Positions 7,278 to 15,999 are shown, counted from the stretch's first letter. The stretch is DNA of 34,836 bases from Chloroflexota bacterium (GCA_041180765.1 JBEGQU010000055.1:1-34836), one strand, 5' to 3'. A program made the numbers and translations. Notes: a model not told the origin generated them from the sequence alone.

Positions 7278-9250
7278 CCGACGTGCGCGAGTACCTCGCC
7301 GGCAGGATCCCCGTCGCCGGCCGTGCGGCGCTGACGACGAACGATCGCGGCGAGCGGGTCGATCCCCCCGCCGACGACCGCGCCGCCTGGGGTGAGTGGG
7401 TCTCGGCGTCGAAGACGCGCAACTGGCTGCTGCGCGACCCGCTCCTCGACTGGCTGCAGCTGCACGGGGAGGGGCAGGGCTTCGCGCGCGATGCCGCCTA
7501 CGGCCAGGAGCCGCCGAGCCCCTACGACATCACGTCGCTGCTCTTCCAGAAGGGGGCCGAGTTCGAGGCGGGGATCTTCCGGCTCCTCGAGGCGCGCGTC
7601 GAGAGCTTCGTCCAGGCGGGGGGCGGCTGGGAGGCGGCGCGCAGCCTTGAGGTGGCGCAGCAGACCTTCGAGGCGATGCGCTCCGGCGTGGAGCTGATCG
7701 AGCAGGGGGTGGTGCGCAACCCGGAGGCGCGCACCTACGGCTCGATCGACCTGCTCGTGCGCAGCGACGTGCTCGAACGCCTCTTCCCCGGAACGCTCGG
7801 TGCCGAGGAGGCCGCCGCACCCGCCCCCGGGCTCGCCGCCGACGACGGGACCATCCCCCCGTGGCACTACCGCGTGATCGACGTGAAGTTCTCGACCCTG
7901 ACGATCACCGCCAACGGCTACGCCTCGAGCGCGCACCGCCACTATGCCGGCCAGGTGCTCGTGTACACCGCGGCGCTGGCGCGCATCCAGGGCCACTGCC
8001 CGGCGGAGGCGTACCTGCTCGGTCGCACCTGGGTCAACCAGAAGCAGCGCGGCGGCGGCGCGCTCGAGCGGCTCGGCCGCGTCCCCGTTGCGCGCGACGA
8101 CCAGCGTGGCGACGCCCTGCCGCTCGTCGACGACGTGGCCCGCGCCATCGAGTGGATGCGCCTCGTGCGCCACGAGGGTGCCGCCTGGCACGCGTTGCCG
8201 CGCCCGAGCCGCCCCGAGCTCTATCCGAACCTCGGCAACCCCGAAGACGACCCCTGGAGCGACGCGAAGCGGCAGATCGCGCGGGAGATCGGCGAGCTCA
8301 CATCGCTCCCCGGGGTCGGCTGCGACCTGCGCGATGCGGCGCTCGCGCGCGGCGTGCTGCGCCGCGACCAGTCGGGACTCACCCCGGAGCTCCTCGGCGT
8401 GGGCGGCGATGTGCGTCCACGCCGGCTCGCGGCGGTGCTCGAGGCGAACGACCCCGCCCGCGTGGCCGCGATCGCCGCGGACCCGTCGGCTGCGGTCGTC
8501 CCCGCGCGCATCGACCTGCCCCCCGACCAGGAGCGTGTGTGGCGCCCCGCCTGGCGCCTCGAATTCTGCGTCGACTTCGAGAACACGCAGAACCTCGACG
8601 ACGATTTCTCGGCGCTCCCGGCCGTGGGCGGCAGCGTCTGCATCTTCCAGGTTGGCTGCCTGGTGCAGGTCGACGGGCGCGCTCCGACCGCCGACGAGAT
8701 CGCCGCGGCGGGCGTCGGCCCGAGTGCGTTCGGCCAGTGGACCGCGGCGCGCCTCTCGCTCGCCGGCGAGCGCGGGGTGCTCGACGCCTGGCGCGACTTC
8801 ATGGACGCCTGGCGCCGGTCGCTCGGCCTGCGCTGGGAAGAGGTGCGGATCGTCCACTGGTCGCCGGCCGAGCCGAACCTGCTGGCCAACTCCTACAACT
8901 GCGCCGCCGACCGCCACCCCGACTGGCGCCTGCCGGAGGGGCTCGGCTGGCTCGACCCGCTCGAGGCGGTCGTGCACCGGGTACCCGTCGGGGTCGCCGG
9001 GGCCTGGGGCTTCGGGCTCAAGAGCATCGCCAAGGGGATGCACGCCGCGGGGCTGATCCCGACGGTGTGGGGCGACGGTCCCGCCGACGGACTCGGGGCG
9101 ATGGCCGCCGCGTTCGCCGCCGACCGCGCGGCGGCCGCCGGCGGGCGGACGCTCATCGACGCCCCCTACATGCGCGACGTGGCCGCCTACAACGAGGTGG
9201 ACTGCCGGGCGATGGCCGAGGTGCTCGCCTGGCTGCGGGAGAACCGCTAG
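7274..9250 (+). CDS. RecB-like PD-(D/E)xK nuclease fused to an RNase H-fold (DEDDy-like) exonuclease domain, TM0106-family-like
   Basis: 658 aa. The ATG overlaps the EamA stop (ATGA). N-terminal motifs: KGAEFE, GSIDLLV, IDVKFS (D..D/ExK), QVLVYTAAL (QxxxY). Middle helix-hairpin-helix LTSLPGVGCDL. C-terminal motifs: CVDFENT (DxE), HWSPAE, YNEVDCRAM (Yx3D). Confidence 0.7.
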   Translation: MTDVREYLAGRIPVAGRAALTTNDRGERVDPPADDRAAWGEWVSASKTRNWLLRDPLLDWLQLHGEGQGFARDAAYGQEPPSPYDITSLLFQKGAEFEAGIFRLLEARVESFVQAGGGWEAARSLEVAQQTFEAMRSGVELIEQGVVRNPEARTYGSIDLLVRSDVLERLFPGTLGAEEAAAPAPGLAADDGTIPPWHYRVIDVKFSTLTITANGYASSAHRHYAGQVLVYTAALARIQGHCPAEAYLLGRTWVNQKQRGGGALERLGRVPVARDDQRGDALPLVDDVARAIEWMRLVRHEGAAWHALPRPSRPELYPNLGNPEDDPWSDAKRQIAREIGELTSLPGVGCDLRDAALARGVLRRDQSGLTPELLGVGGDVRPRRLAAVLEANDPARVAAIAADPSAAVVPARIDLPPDQERVWRPAWRLEFCVDFENTQNLDDDFSALPAVGGSVCIFQVGCLVQVDGRAPTADEIAAAGVGPSAFGQWTAARLSLAGERGVLDAWRDFMDAWRRSLGLRWEEVRIVHWSPAEPNLLANSYNCAADRHPDWRLPEGLGWLDPLEAVVHRVPVGVAGAWGFGLKSIAKGMHAAGLIPTVWGDGPADGLGAMAAAFAADRAAAAGGRTLIDAPYMRDVAAYNEVDCRAMAEVLAWLRENR

Positions 9251-9254
9251 GCGA

Positions 9255-10655
9255 TCAGCGGCGCCGGTACCGCCGCGCGACCACCGAGAGCAGCGGTAGC
9301 TTGGTGAGCAGCTCCGAGATCGGTCGCCCCTCGCGACCGTCTCGCCCCTCGACGGCGAGCAGGCGGTCGGCGGCGTCGCCCTCCACGTGGCGCGGGTCGC
9401 AGGTGCCGAGGTCGATCTCGACCTCGCCGGGGATCGCCTCGCCGAGCGGCGCGAGCAGGTGCGGCGCGATCTCGTCGGTCTCGAGGTCGAGGCGCAGCTC
9501 CTCCTCGAGCTGCCAGCGCGGGTTGCGGAAGAGGATCGCCCGCCAGGCTTCCGCGACCGCCGGCGTGACCGTCCCGTCGCGTGGGTGCGGCTCGAGGGAG
9601 ATGTCCTGGCCGCGCGCCCAGCGCGCCGCGCGATGCAGCAGCGCGTACTCGTCGAGCTCGAGGTAGGCGGCGAGGTCGTCGGCGGGAGAGAGGTCGCCGA
9701 AGATCGCCCGGATCCCTGGCGCGAACGCCTCCTTCATGTCGAGGTCGATGCCGCGCACCGTGCGGTGCAGGTAGACCTGCTGGTAGAGGAACCAGCGCGC
9801 GTCGAGGAACGCCTCGAGGGCGCCGACCGCCGGTTCGTACAGGGTGAGGCCCCGCGGCCCGATGAACGCGTAGCGGCGCAGCCGCTCGACGTCGACGGCG
9901 GCGATGCGCACGCCGGTCATGTAGGCGTCGCGGCGCACGTAGTCCAGGTTGTCGACGGTGAAGACGCCGGAGAGGAGCGGCTGCAGGATACGCAGCCAGC
10001 GCGGCGCCGAGGGGTCGACGAGCGGTGGCTTCGAGACGAGGAAGCTCACCCAGGCGGGGTCGATCCGCTCGTCGGGGGCGAAGGCGTCGTTCGCCGGCTT
10101 CTCGCCGGGCGCCCGCTGCAGCCCGCCGATGATCCCGCCAAGCTCGCGCTCGATGATCAGCGCCGAGAGATCCTCGTGGGCGAGCCGCTTCCCGGGCGCC
10201 CGCCGCGCGTCGGCGGGGGCGGCATGCTCGTGGAGCACGGCGTGGTCGAAGAAGTGGGCGAACGGCCCGTGGCCCACGTCGTGCAGCAGGCCCGCGACGC
10301 GCAGCGTCTCCACGACGAGCCCCTCGCTCGGCACGTGGTCGCCGTCGGCGGCGAGCTGCTGGGCGAGCGACGGGTAGAGGTGGCGCGCCCAGAGGCCCGC
10401 CTCGTGCATCACGCCGAGCCCGTGGGCGAAGCGGCTGTGCTCGGCGGTGGGGAAGACCCAGCGGGCGCTCTGCAGTTGGCTGATCCGCCGCAGGCGCTGG
10501 ACCCAGGGCGTGTCGAGCAGGTCCTCCTCGGCGGCGCGTTCGGGGGCGTGGCCGACCGCCGCCGCCCCCTCGTCGGTGAGGCGCTTCGTCAGCTCGATGT
10601 AGCCGTGGATCGGGTCGGAGATGAGGTTGACCGCGCGGAAGTGGCCGGCATCCAT
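9255..10655 (-). CDS. HD-domain dNTP triphosphohydrolase, SAMHD1-like
   Basis: 466 aa. Motifs SDPIHGYIELT, VQRLRRISQL, HSRFAHGLGV, LLHDVGHGPFAH and DNLDYVRRDAYMTG match the SAMHD1/EF1143-type HD signature. The start lies 3 nt after the WYL gene stop. Confidence 0.85.
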   Translation of the reverse strand: MDAGHFRAVNLISDPIHGYIELTKRLTDEGAAAVGHAPERAAEEDLLDTPWVQRLRRISQLQSARWVFPTAEHSRFAHGLGVMHEAGLWARHLYPSLAQQLAADGDHVPSEGLVVETLRVAGLLHDVGHGPFAHFFDHAVLHEHAAPADARRAPGKRLAHEDLSALIIERELGGIIGGLQRAPGEKPANDAFAPDERIDPAWVSFLVSKPPLVDPSAPRWLRILQPLLSGVFTVDNLDYVRRDAYMTGVRIAAVDVERLRRYAFIGPRGLTLYEPAVGALEAFLDARWFLYQQVYLHRTVRGIDLDMKEAFAPGIRAIFGDLSPADDLAAYLELDEYALLHRAARWARGQDISLEPHPRDGTVTPAVAEAWRAILFRNPRWQLEEELRLDLETDEIAPHLLAPLGEAIPGEVEIDLGTCDPRHVEGDAADRLLAVEGRDGREGRPISELLTKLPLLSVVARRYRRR

Positions 10656-10658
10656 CGG

Positions 10659-11669
10659 CTAGCCCCGCTCGGCGTAGCGCGCGGCGGCGGCCGCGTGCGT
10701 GCGCGCGATGTCGTCGCGGAGCGACTGCGGTCGGATCACCTCGGCGCCGTCGCCCCAGCCGAGCACCCAGCCGCGGATCTCCGACGTCCCCGAGACGCGC
10801 CCCCGCCAGAGCAGCCCGCCGCCGGGCTCGTCGCTGATCGACTGCGACGGGTGCCAGCGCGTCTCGCGCACGCGCGCCGCGGCTGCCGGGCTGAAGCGCA
10901 CGACCACCTCCTCGAGCGGCTGGTCGGCGACGATGTCCCAGGCCGCGGAGAGCGTGCGCTCCAGGTCGACGTCGCTCGGCGGCGCGAACGTCTCGGACGA
11001 GACGCGGATGCCCGAGATGCGGTCGACGCGGAAGGTGCGCAGTGCGTTGCGTGTCTCGTCGTACCCGATCAGGTACGTGGCGAGCGTCGCCGCCGATGGC
11101 TCGACGAGGTAGGGGCGCACGCGTGCGATGCGCGTGGTCCCCGGGTTGCTCCACGCGGCGGCGTACTCGAACTCGACGATCCGGCTGCCGACCCAGGCGG
11201 TGGTGATCTGGCGCAGGCGCGCCTGGGCGGCGGCGTCGGCGTTGAGCTCGGCGATCTGCGCCACGGTGCGCTCGACCGTCGAGCGGAGCGGCTCCTCGAG
11301 CATGCTGCCGAGCTTCGTCAGCGCGCCGCCGAACTCGGGGTCGTAGCCCGTCGAGAACTTCGCGAGGAGGCGCGCCGCGAGGACGAGGGAGAGCGCCTCG
11401 TCGCGGCTGAAGCGCAGCGAGGGGAGCAGCCCCGTGTTGCTGACCCCCCAACGGCCATGTTCGTTCCAGATCGGCACGTCGACCTCGAGCTCGAGCGCCT
11501 TCAGGTCGCGGTAGGCGGTGCGGCGGCTGACGCCGAGGAGCCTCGCCAGGTCTTCCGGCCGGATCCCGCCCTCGCCGGCCCCCTCGACGTACTTGAGCGT
11601 GCGCAGCAGCCGGGCGGAGCGATCGTTCTTGCTGAAGGGCTCGCCCGCGGCGTCGCGTGGGGGTGTCAT
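10659..11669 (-). CDS. HTH-WYL-WCX transcriptional regulator (PafBC/BrxR/CapW-like)
   Basis: 336 aa. N-terminal HTH LARLLGVSRRTAYRDLKALE. Central WYL-type strand YLIGYDETRNALRTFRVDRI. C-terminal extension domain present. Confidence 0.85.
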   Translation of the reverse strand: MTPPRDAAGEPFSKNDRSARLLRTLKYVEGAGEGGIRPEDLARLLGVSRRTAYRDLKALELEVDVPIWNEHGRWGVSNTGLLPSLRFSRDEALSLVLAARLLAKFSTGYDPEFGGALTKLGSMLEEPLRSTVERTVAQIAELNADAAAQARLRQITTAWVGSRIVEFEYAAAWSNPGTTRIARVRPYLVEPSAATLATYLIGYDETRNALRTFRVDRISGIRVSSETFAPPSDVDLERTLSAAWDIVADQPLEEVVVRFSPAAAARVRETRWHPSQSISDEPGGGLLWRGRVSGTSEIRGWVLGWGDGAEVIRPQSLRDDIARTHAAAAARYAERG

Positions 11670-11674
11670 GTCCC

Positions 11675-11680
11675 AGACTG
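11675..11680 (-). promoter_or_regulatory. weak -10-like hexamer, CAGTCT-N5-ATG(11669)
   Basis: nAnnnT hexamer 5 nt upstream of the WYL start, with no SD. Suggests a leaderless regulator mRNA. Confidence 0.25.
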
Positions 11681-11724
11681 TGCCACAACCGCCGTATCGG
11701 GAGCAGCCCCCGTGCGAGGCTCCC

Positions 11725-12456
11725 TCAGGTCGTGCGGCGCGCCGCGTCGACGAAGGCGCGCCAGACGCGCTCGAGGTCGGGCGGGCTGCTCTCGGTCCGC
11801 TCGGGGTGGCACTGCACGCCGAGGACGAAGCGCTCCCCCGGTTCCTCGAGTCCCTCGACGAGCGGGCCGCGCGGCGAGTCGGCGAAGGCGGCGGCGCGCA
11901 GCGTCGGGGCGAGGCGCTCCGGCGTCACCGCCTGGTGGTGGTAGCTGTTCACCGCGAGCGGCGCGGTCACCGCGCCGAGGATCGTCGCGAGGCGCGTGCC
12001 AGGGGCGACATCGAGCGGGTGGACGAGCGCCGGCACCTGCGGGTACGAGGCGCCGACCTGGCCCTCGACGTGCTGCAGCAGCGAGCCGCCGCGGTGGACG
12101 TTGAGGAACTGCAGGCCGCGGCAGATCCCGAAGACGGGTAGCGCGCGGCGATCGGCCGCGTCGAGCGCCACCCACTCGAGCGCATCGCGCGCGGCATCGA
12201 TCTCCACCGCGCCGTCGACCGGCTCGCCGTAGCGCGCCGGGTCGATGTCGGCGCCGCCGCTGAGCAGGAGGCCGTCCATCCGCTCGAACGCGCTCGCGCG
12301 CTGCCGTTCGTCGGCGAGCGACGAGAGGAGCAGCGGCAGGCCTCCGGCGCGGCGGACGCCGTCGGCATAGCGGGCGTTGATCAGCGCGACGCTGGCCGGA
12401 TCGAGCGAGCCGTCGACGTCGGCGACGGTGATGACGATGAGCGGTGCGCCGCTCAT
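11725..12456 (-). CDS. class I glutamine amidotransferase / gamma-glutamyl-GABA hydrolase-like (peptidase C26)
   Basis: 243 aa. Nucleophile elbow GICRGLQFLNV and catalytic GVQCHPE. The start overlaps the stop of the upstream PLP enzyme (ATGA). Confidence 0.85.
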   Translation of the reverse strand: MSGAPLIVITVADVDGSLDPASVALINARYADGVRRAGGLPLLLSSLADERQRASAFERMDGLLLSGGADIDPARYGEPVDGAVEIDAARDALEWVALDAADRRALPVFGICRGLQFLNVHRGGSLLQHVEGQVGASYPQVPALVHPLDVAPGTRLATILGAVTAPLAVNSYHHQAVTPERLAPTLRAAAFADSPRGPLVEGLEEPGERFVLGVQCHPERTESSPPDLERVWRAFVDAARRTT

Positions 12457-13715
12457 GCTCCCGCGAGCTGTCGGACCGCTGCGATCAGGCGATCGACCTC
12501 TGCCGCGGTGTTGTACGACATGATGCCGACGCGCAGCACGCCGCCGCTCTCGGTCAGCCCGACCCCTTCGATGGCGTTCGGGGCGTAGAAGTCGCCGCTC
12601 CAGGTCTGGATCCCCTGCGCACCGAGGTGCGCCTCGATCTGCTCCGGCCGGGCGAAGGTGGCGTCGAACGAGACGATCGAGGTGCGCTCCGCGGTCCGAG
12701 CCGGGTCGGTGATGCCGCGCACCGTCACGCCCGGGATCGCCGAGAGCCCGTCGATGAGGCGGCGTGCGAGGCCGGCCTCGTAGGCGTTGATCGCCCGGAG
12801 CCCGGCGCGGATCTCCGCGCGGCGGCCGGCCAGGGGGGCGCCGTCGGCAGGGTCGCCGAACTCCCGCCCGACCCAGGCGAGGTAGTCGATCGCGGCGGTC
12901 ACCGCTCCCATCCCCTCGAAGCTCGGGGTGCCCGTCTCCCAGCGGTCGTGGGCCGGGCGCACCTTGTAGCGCCCGTAGCGGTCGAGGAGCTCGCGCTTGC
13001 CGTAGAGCAGCCCCGCATGCGGCCCGTAGAACTTGTACGGCGAGCAGAGGAGGAAGTCGGTGTCGTAGGCCTGCACGTCGATCGGATAGTGCGGCGCGCT
13101 GCAGACGGCGTCGAGGATCGTCAGCGCGCCGGCCGCATGGGCCATGCGCACGATCTCCTTGCTGGGATTGATCGTGCCGAGCGCGTTCGACGACATGCCG
13201 ACGGCGACGAGTTTCGTCTTCGGCGAGAGCAGCGCCGCATAGGCCTCCATGTCGAGCGTCGGGTCGTCGGCGCGCACCGGGATCTCACGCAAGACGAAGC
13301 CCTGGTCCTCGGCGAGCAGCCGCCACGGGTTGTAATTGGCGTCGTGGTCGAGGCGCGAGACGACGATCTCGTCGCCGGGCCGCATCCCCTTGGCGAGCGA
13401 TCGCGAGAGCGTGAGCACGAGCGTCGTCATGTTGGCGCCGAACTTCACCGTCTGCGGCGGTGCGTTGAGCAGGTCCTCCGCGGCGGCATGCGCCTCGTCG
13501 GCGATGCGCGCGCGCCGCTGCGACGTGACCCACTGCCCGCCGGAGTTCGCGTTGGCGGTGAGGAAGAAGTCGCGATAGGCGTCGATGACCGACTGCGGCA
13601 CCTGGGTGCCGGCGGGGCCGTCGAGGAAGGCGATCGGCGTGCCGTCGTCGAGCGTGTTGCCGAGCGACGGGAAGCGCGCGCGGATCTCGGCGACGTCGTA
13701 CGGGCGGTGTTTCAT
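12453..13715 (-). CDS. class V aminotransferase-fold PLP enzyme (cysteine desulfurase-like)
   Basis: 420 aa. Has the overall class V pattern, including HDANY, the SPYKFYGPHAG lysine region and a C-terminal YNTAAEVDRL. Confidence 0.85.
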   Translation of the reverse strand: MKHRPYDVAEIRARFPSLGNTLDDGTPIAFLDGPAGTQVPQSVIDAYRDFFLTANANSGGQWVTSQRRARIADEAHAAAEDLLNAPPQTVKFGANMTTLVLTLSRSLAKGMRPGDEIVVSRLDHDANYNPWRLLAEDQGFVLREIPVRADDPTLDMEAYAALLSPKTKLVAVGMSSNALGTINPSKEIVRMAHAAGALTILDAVCSAPHYPIDVQAYDTDFLLCSPYKFYGPHAGLLYGKRELLDRYGRYKVRPAHDRWETGTPSFEGMGAVTAAIDYLAWVGREFGDPADGAPLAGRRAEIRAGLRAINAYEAGLARRLIDGLSAIPGVTVRGITDPARTAERTSIVSFDATFARPEQIEAHLGAQGIQTWSGDFYAPNAIEGVGLTESGGVLRVGIMSYNTAAEVDRLIAAVRQLAGA

Positions 13716-13724
13716 GCCGTGATG

Positions 13725-14684
13725 CTAGCGCCGCGCGGTACGGCTGCGCGCGACGGCGCGCACCGCGACCGCGATCGCCCCGCCGAGGGCGAACGGGGCG
13801 AGGAGCGCGAGCAGGAGCCCGACGAGGCCGCCCGGGCCGGCTCCCGCGCCGCCCGTCCGCGCATCGCCCGCCTCTCCCCCGGCGCTCGCGGCGGGGCTCG
13901 GCGGAAGGCTCCCGGCCGCCGTGCCGGCCTCCAGGGCGCCGGCCAGGAGGGCCGCCGCGCCGGCGACGGCGAGCAGCACGCCGAGGGCGCTGAGCAGCGC
14001 GGGGGCGATCCCGAGGAGGAGGGTGCGGCGCCGATCGCCACCGACGACCCGCAGCGCCTCGCCGGGCTCGAGCGTGGTGAGGAGGAGCGGGCGGCCGCCG
14101 GCTCCGGCGAGGAGCCGCCCGTCGCGCAACGCGCCGCCGCCGACGGCGCGATCGAGGGTGCTCACCTGCTCGAGGGTCACCAGCGCCGGTCGCGACGGAT
14201 CGGCCGCCGCGAGGTCGGCAACGAGCTGCGCGGAGGCACCGCTGCCGTACTCGCGCGCCGCGGCGTGCAGCTCCGCGGCCGTCCCCTCCCAGCGCCGCTC
14301 CATGACGATCAGGCCGTCGTCGAGCGCCGCGGCGTCGACGACCACCGCCGCCTCGCGGTCGCTGATGGCGAACTCGACGCTGCGGACCGCGCGATCGATC
14401 TCGCGCCAGGAGCTGCCATCGGCGATCAGTACGCGCTCGCGCCGGTAGACGAGCGGCCGGTGGTTCTCGTCCTCGAAGATCTCCGCCGCGTCGATGCTGC
14501 CGCGGATGGCGACGTAGGGGAGGTCGCCTCCCCGCAGCGCGGCGAGGCGCAGTGCCTCGCCCGGCTCGAGCGGCGAGAGCCCGGCGAGGAGGCGCCCGGC
14601 GCGCAGGCGCGCGGAGAGGCGCGCCGAGAGCAGTGCGCCGAGCGCGACGCAGGCGATCCCGGCGACGAGCAGTTGCGCGCCCAT
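13725..14684 (-). CDS. membrane protein, possibly GIDE-domain-like
   Basis: I take the start at MGAQLL (14684), which gives a TGATG overlap with the upstream stop. N-terminal TM, soluble middle, then two C-terminal TM helices separated by a Gly/Ala/Pro-rich linker. The 8-aa LEPGEALR motif occurs twice. Confidence 0.6.
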   Translation of the reverse strand: MGAQLLVAGIACVALGALLSARLSARLRAGRLLAGLSPLEPGEALRLAALRGGDLPYVAIRGSIDAAEIFEDENHRPLVYRRERVLIADGSSWREIDRAVRSVEFAISDREAAVVVDAAALDDGLIVMERRWEGTAAELHAAAREYGSGASAQLVADLAAADPSRPALVTLEQVSTLDRAVGGGALRDGRLLAGAGGRPLLLTTLEPGEALRVVGGDRRRTLLLGIAPALLSALGVLLAVAGAAALLAGALEAGTAAGSLPPSPAASAGGEAGDARTGGAGAGPGGLVGLLLALLAPFALGGAIAVAVRAVARSRTARR

Positions 14685-15295
14685 CAGGCGCGACCCCCGG
14701 TCGCGGGGTCGATCGCCTGGCTCTCGCCGCCGACGCTCGTCAGCACCAGCCGACCGCCGATCAACGCGGCCGCGGCGACGACGTCGCTGTGCGCCAGGCG
14801 CCACTTCACCTCGCCGTCGGGGCGGATCGCCCAGGTCTCGATCTCGCTCTGCACGATGACGTGGCCGAAGCGCGGCGAGGCGAGCAACTCGACGATCGGC
14901 GTCCCGGCCTGGTGACTCCAGGCGAGGGCGCCGCTCCGCGATGCGAAGGCGTAGGCGGCGAATCCGTAGCCGACGACGAACAGCCCGCCCTCATCCCAGT
15001 GGACGGCACGCGGTTCGTCGTAGATGGCCGAGGCGAGGCGCACCGCCCAGGCGCCGGCCGGCGTCTCGACGCGCAGCTCCATGCGGCAGAGGCGGTCGGG
15101 ATCGTTCGCCGCCCCGGCACCGAGCGCACCGTGGTCGACGAGCGTCGCCCCCGCCTCGGAGAGGGCGAAGACGGCCGCCGCCTGGCCGCTGCTCCCCCAG
15201 GTCGCGCGGGCGCGGAGGCCGCCGGGGAAGTCGCTGCTGCGGCTCTGCGGCTCGCCGGCGTTGCGCGGGATCGGGGCGGGGTCCGTGCTGCTCAT
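14684..15295 (-). CDS. hypothetical cytoplasmic protein
   Basis: 203 aa with strong GC3 bias and no TM or signal peptide. Short W-containing beta-strand-like repeats (ALAWSH, VKWRL). ATG preceded by TACAAT-N6. Confidence 0.6.
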   Translation of the reverse strand: MSSTDPAPIPRNAGEPQSRSSDFPGGLRARATWGSSGQAAAVFALSEAGATLVDHGALGAGAANDPDRLCRMELRVETPAGAWAVRLASAIYDEPRAVHWDEGGLFVVGYGFAAYAFASRSGALAWSHQAGTPIVELLASPRFGHVIVQSEIETWAIRPDGEVKWRLAHSDVVAAAALIGGRLVLTSVGGESQAIDPATGGRA

Positions 15296-15301
15296 CGGCC
15301 G

Positions 15302-15307
15302 ATTGTA
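15302..15307 (-). promoter_or_regulatory. putative -10, TACAAT-N6-ATG(15295)
   Basis: Near-consensus hexamer on the minus strand, 6 nt from the start, with no SD. Confidence 0.45.
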
Positions 15308-15327
15308 GGGGCGGTGCCGCGCGCCGC

Positions 15328-15333
15328 TACGAT
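15328..15333 (+). promoter_or_regulatory. putative -10, TACGAT-N6-ATG(15340)
   Basis: TAnnnT hexamer 6 nt from the HAD start. It lies back-to-back with the minus-strand TACAAT element. Confidence 0.45.
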
Positions 15334-15339
15334 CGACCC

Positions 15340-15999
15340 ATGAAGGCGATCCTCTTCGACTGGGACGGCACGCTGATCGACACGACGGAACACGTCTACC
15401 TCGCGAACGTGGAGGTGATGCGCGCCTTCGGCCTGCGCGAGCTGACCCGCGAGGAGTACGGCGCCCACTTCTCGCCGAACTGGCGCCTGATGTACGCCGC
15501 CCTCGGGGTCCCGCAGGAGCGGGTGGAGGAGGCGGCCGGGGTCTGGCATGCCGCGTACCGCGGCCACGAGGCCGACCTGCTCCCCGGCGCCCTCGCGGCG
15601 CTCGAGCGGCTCGTCGCCGCGGGGATCCCCATCGGCGTGGTCACCGCCGGAGACCGCAAGGTGGTCGGCAGGCAGCTGGTGCGCACCGGCGTCGATGCGC
15701 TGATCGGCGCGGCGGTGTTCGGCGACGACGGCGTGGAGCAGAAGCCGCACCCGGCGCCGCTGTTGCGCGGCCTCGCCGCCCTCGGCCATGCGAGCACCCC
15801 GGGCGAGACCGCCTATCTCGGCGACACGCTCGACGACGTGCGGATGGCGATCGCCGCCGGCGCGCGCGGCGTCGGGATCCACTCGCCGTTCTTCCATCCC
15901 GACCGCTTCTACGAGGCAGAGGCCCATGAACACGCACCCTCGGTCGCCCACTGGGTCGACGCGCTGCTCGCCTCGCGCGAGGTCGGTGGGGGGCGCTAG
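15340..15999 (+). CDS. HAD-superfamily hydrolase (phosphoglycolate phosphatase-like)
   Basis: Internal ATG of the 14941..15999 ORF. Motif I ILFDWDGTLIDT, motif II VVTAG, motif III/IV KPHP...YLGDTLDDV. Confidence 0.85.
   Translation: MKAILFDWDGTLIDTTEHVYLANVEVMRAFGLRELTREEYGAHFSPNWRLMYAALGVPQERVEEAAGVWHAAYRGHEADLLPGALAALERLVAAGIPIGVVTAGDRKVVGRQLVRTGVDALIGAAVFGDDGVEQKPHPAPLLRGLAALGHASTPGETAYLGDTLDDVRMAIAAGARGVGIHSPFFHPDRFYEAEAHEHAPSVAHWVDALLASREVGGGR

Noticed and set aside
9240-9270. Short inverted repeat ccgct-aggcgatc-agcgg spanning the two convergent stop codons (nuclease and HD dNTPase), considered as a bidirectional terminator.
   Set aside because: The stem is only 5 bp and there is no U or A tract. 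With a 4-nt intergenic gap, any terminator must lie inside coding sequence, and I could not identify a convincing one.
11670-11724. Search for a PafBC-type (RecA-NDp-like, TGTCRGTG-N8-TAnnnT) motif or a clear palindromic operator upstream of the WYL regulator.
   Set aside because: I found only a loose resemblance (TTGTGGCAC...CAGTCT) and a 6-bp inverted repeat (gggagc/gctccc). The inverted repeat could equally be the terminator of the upstream hydrolase gene. This is not enough to call a binding site.
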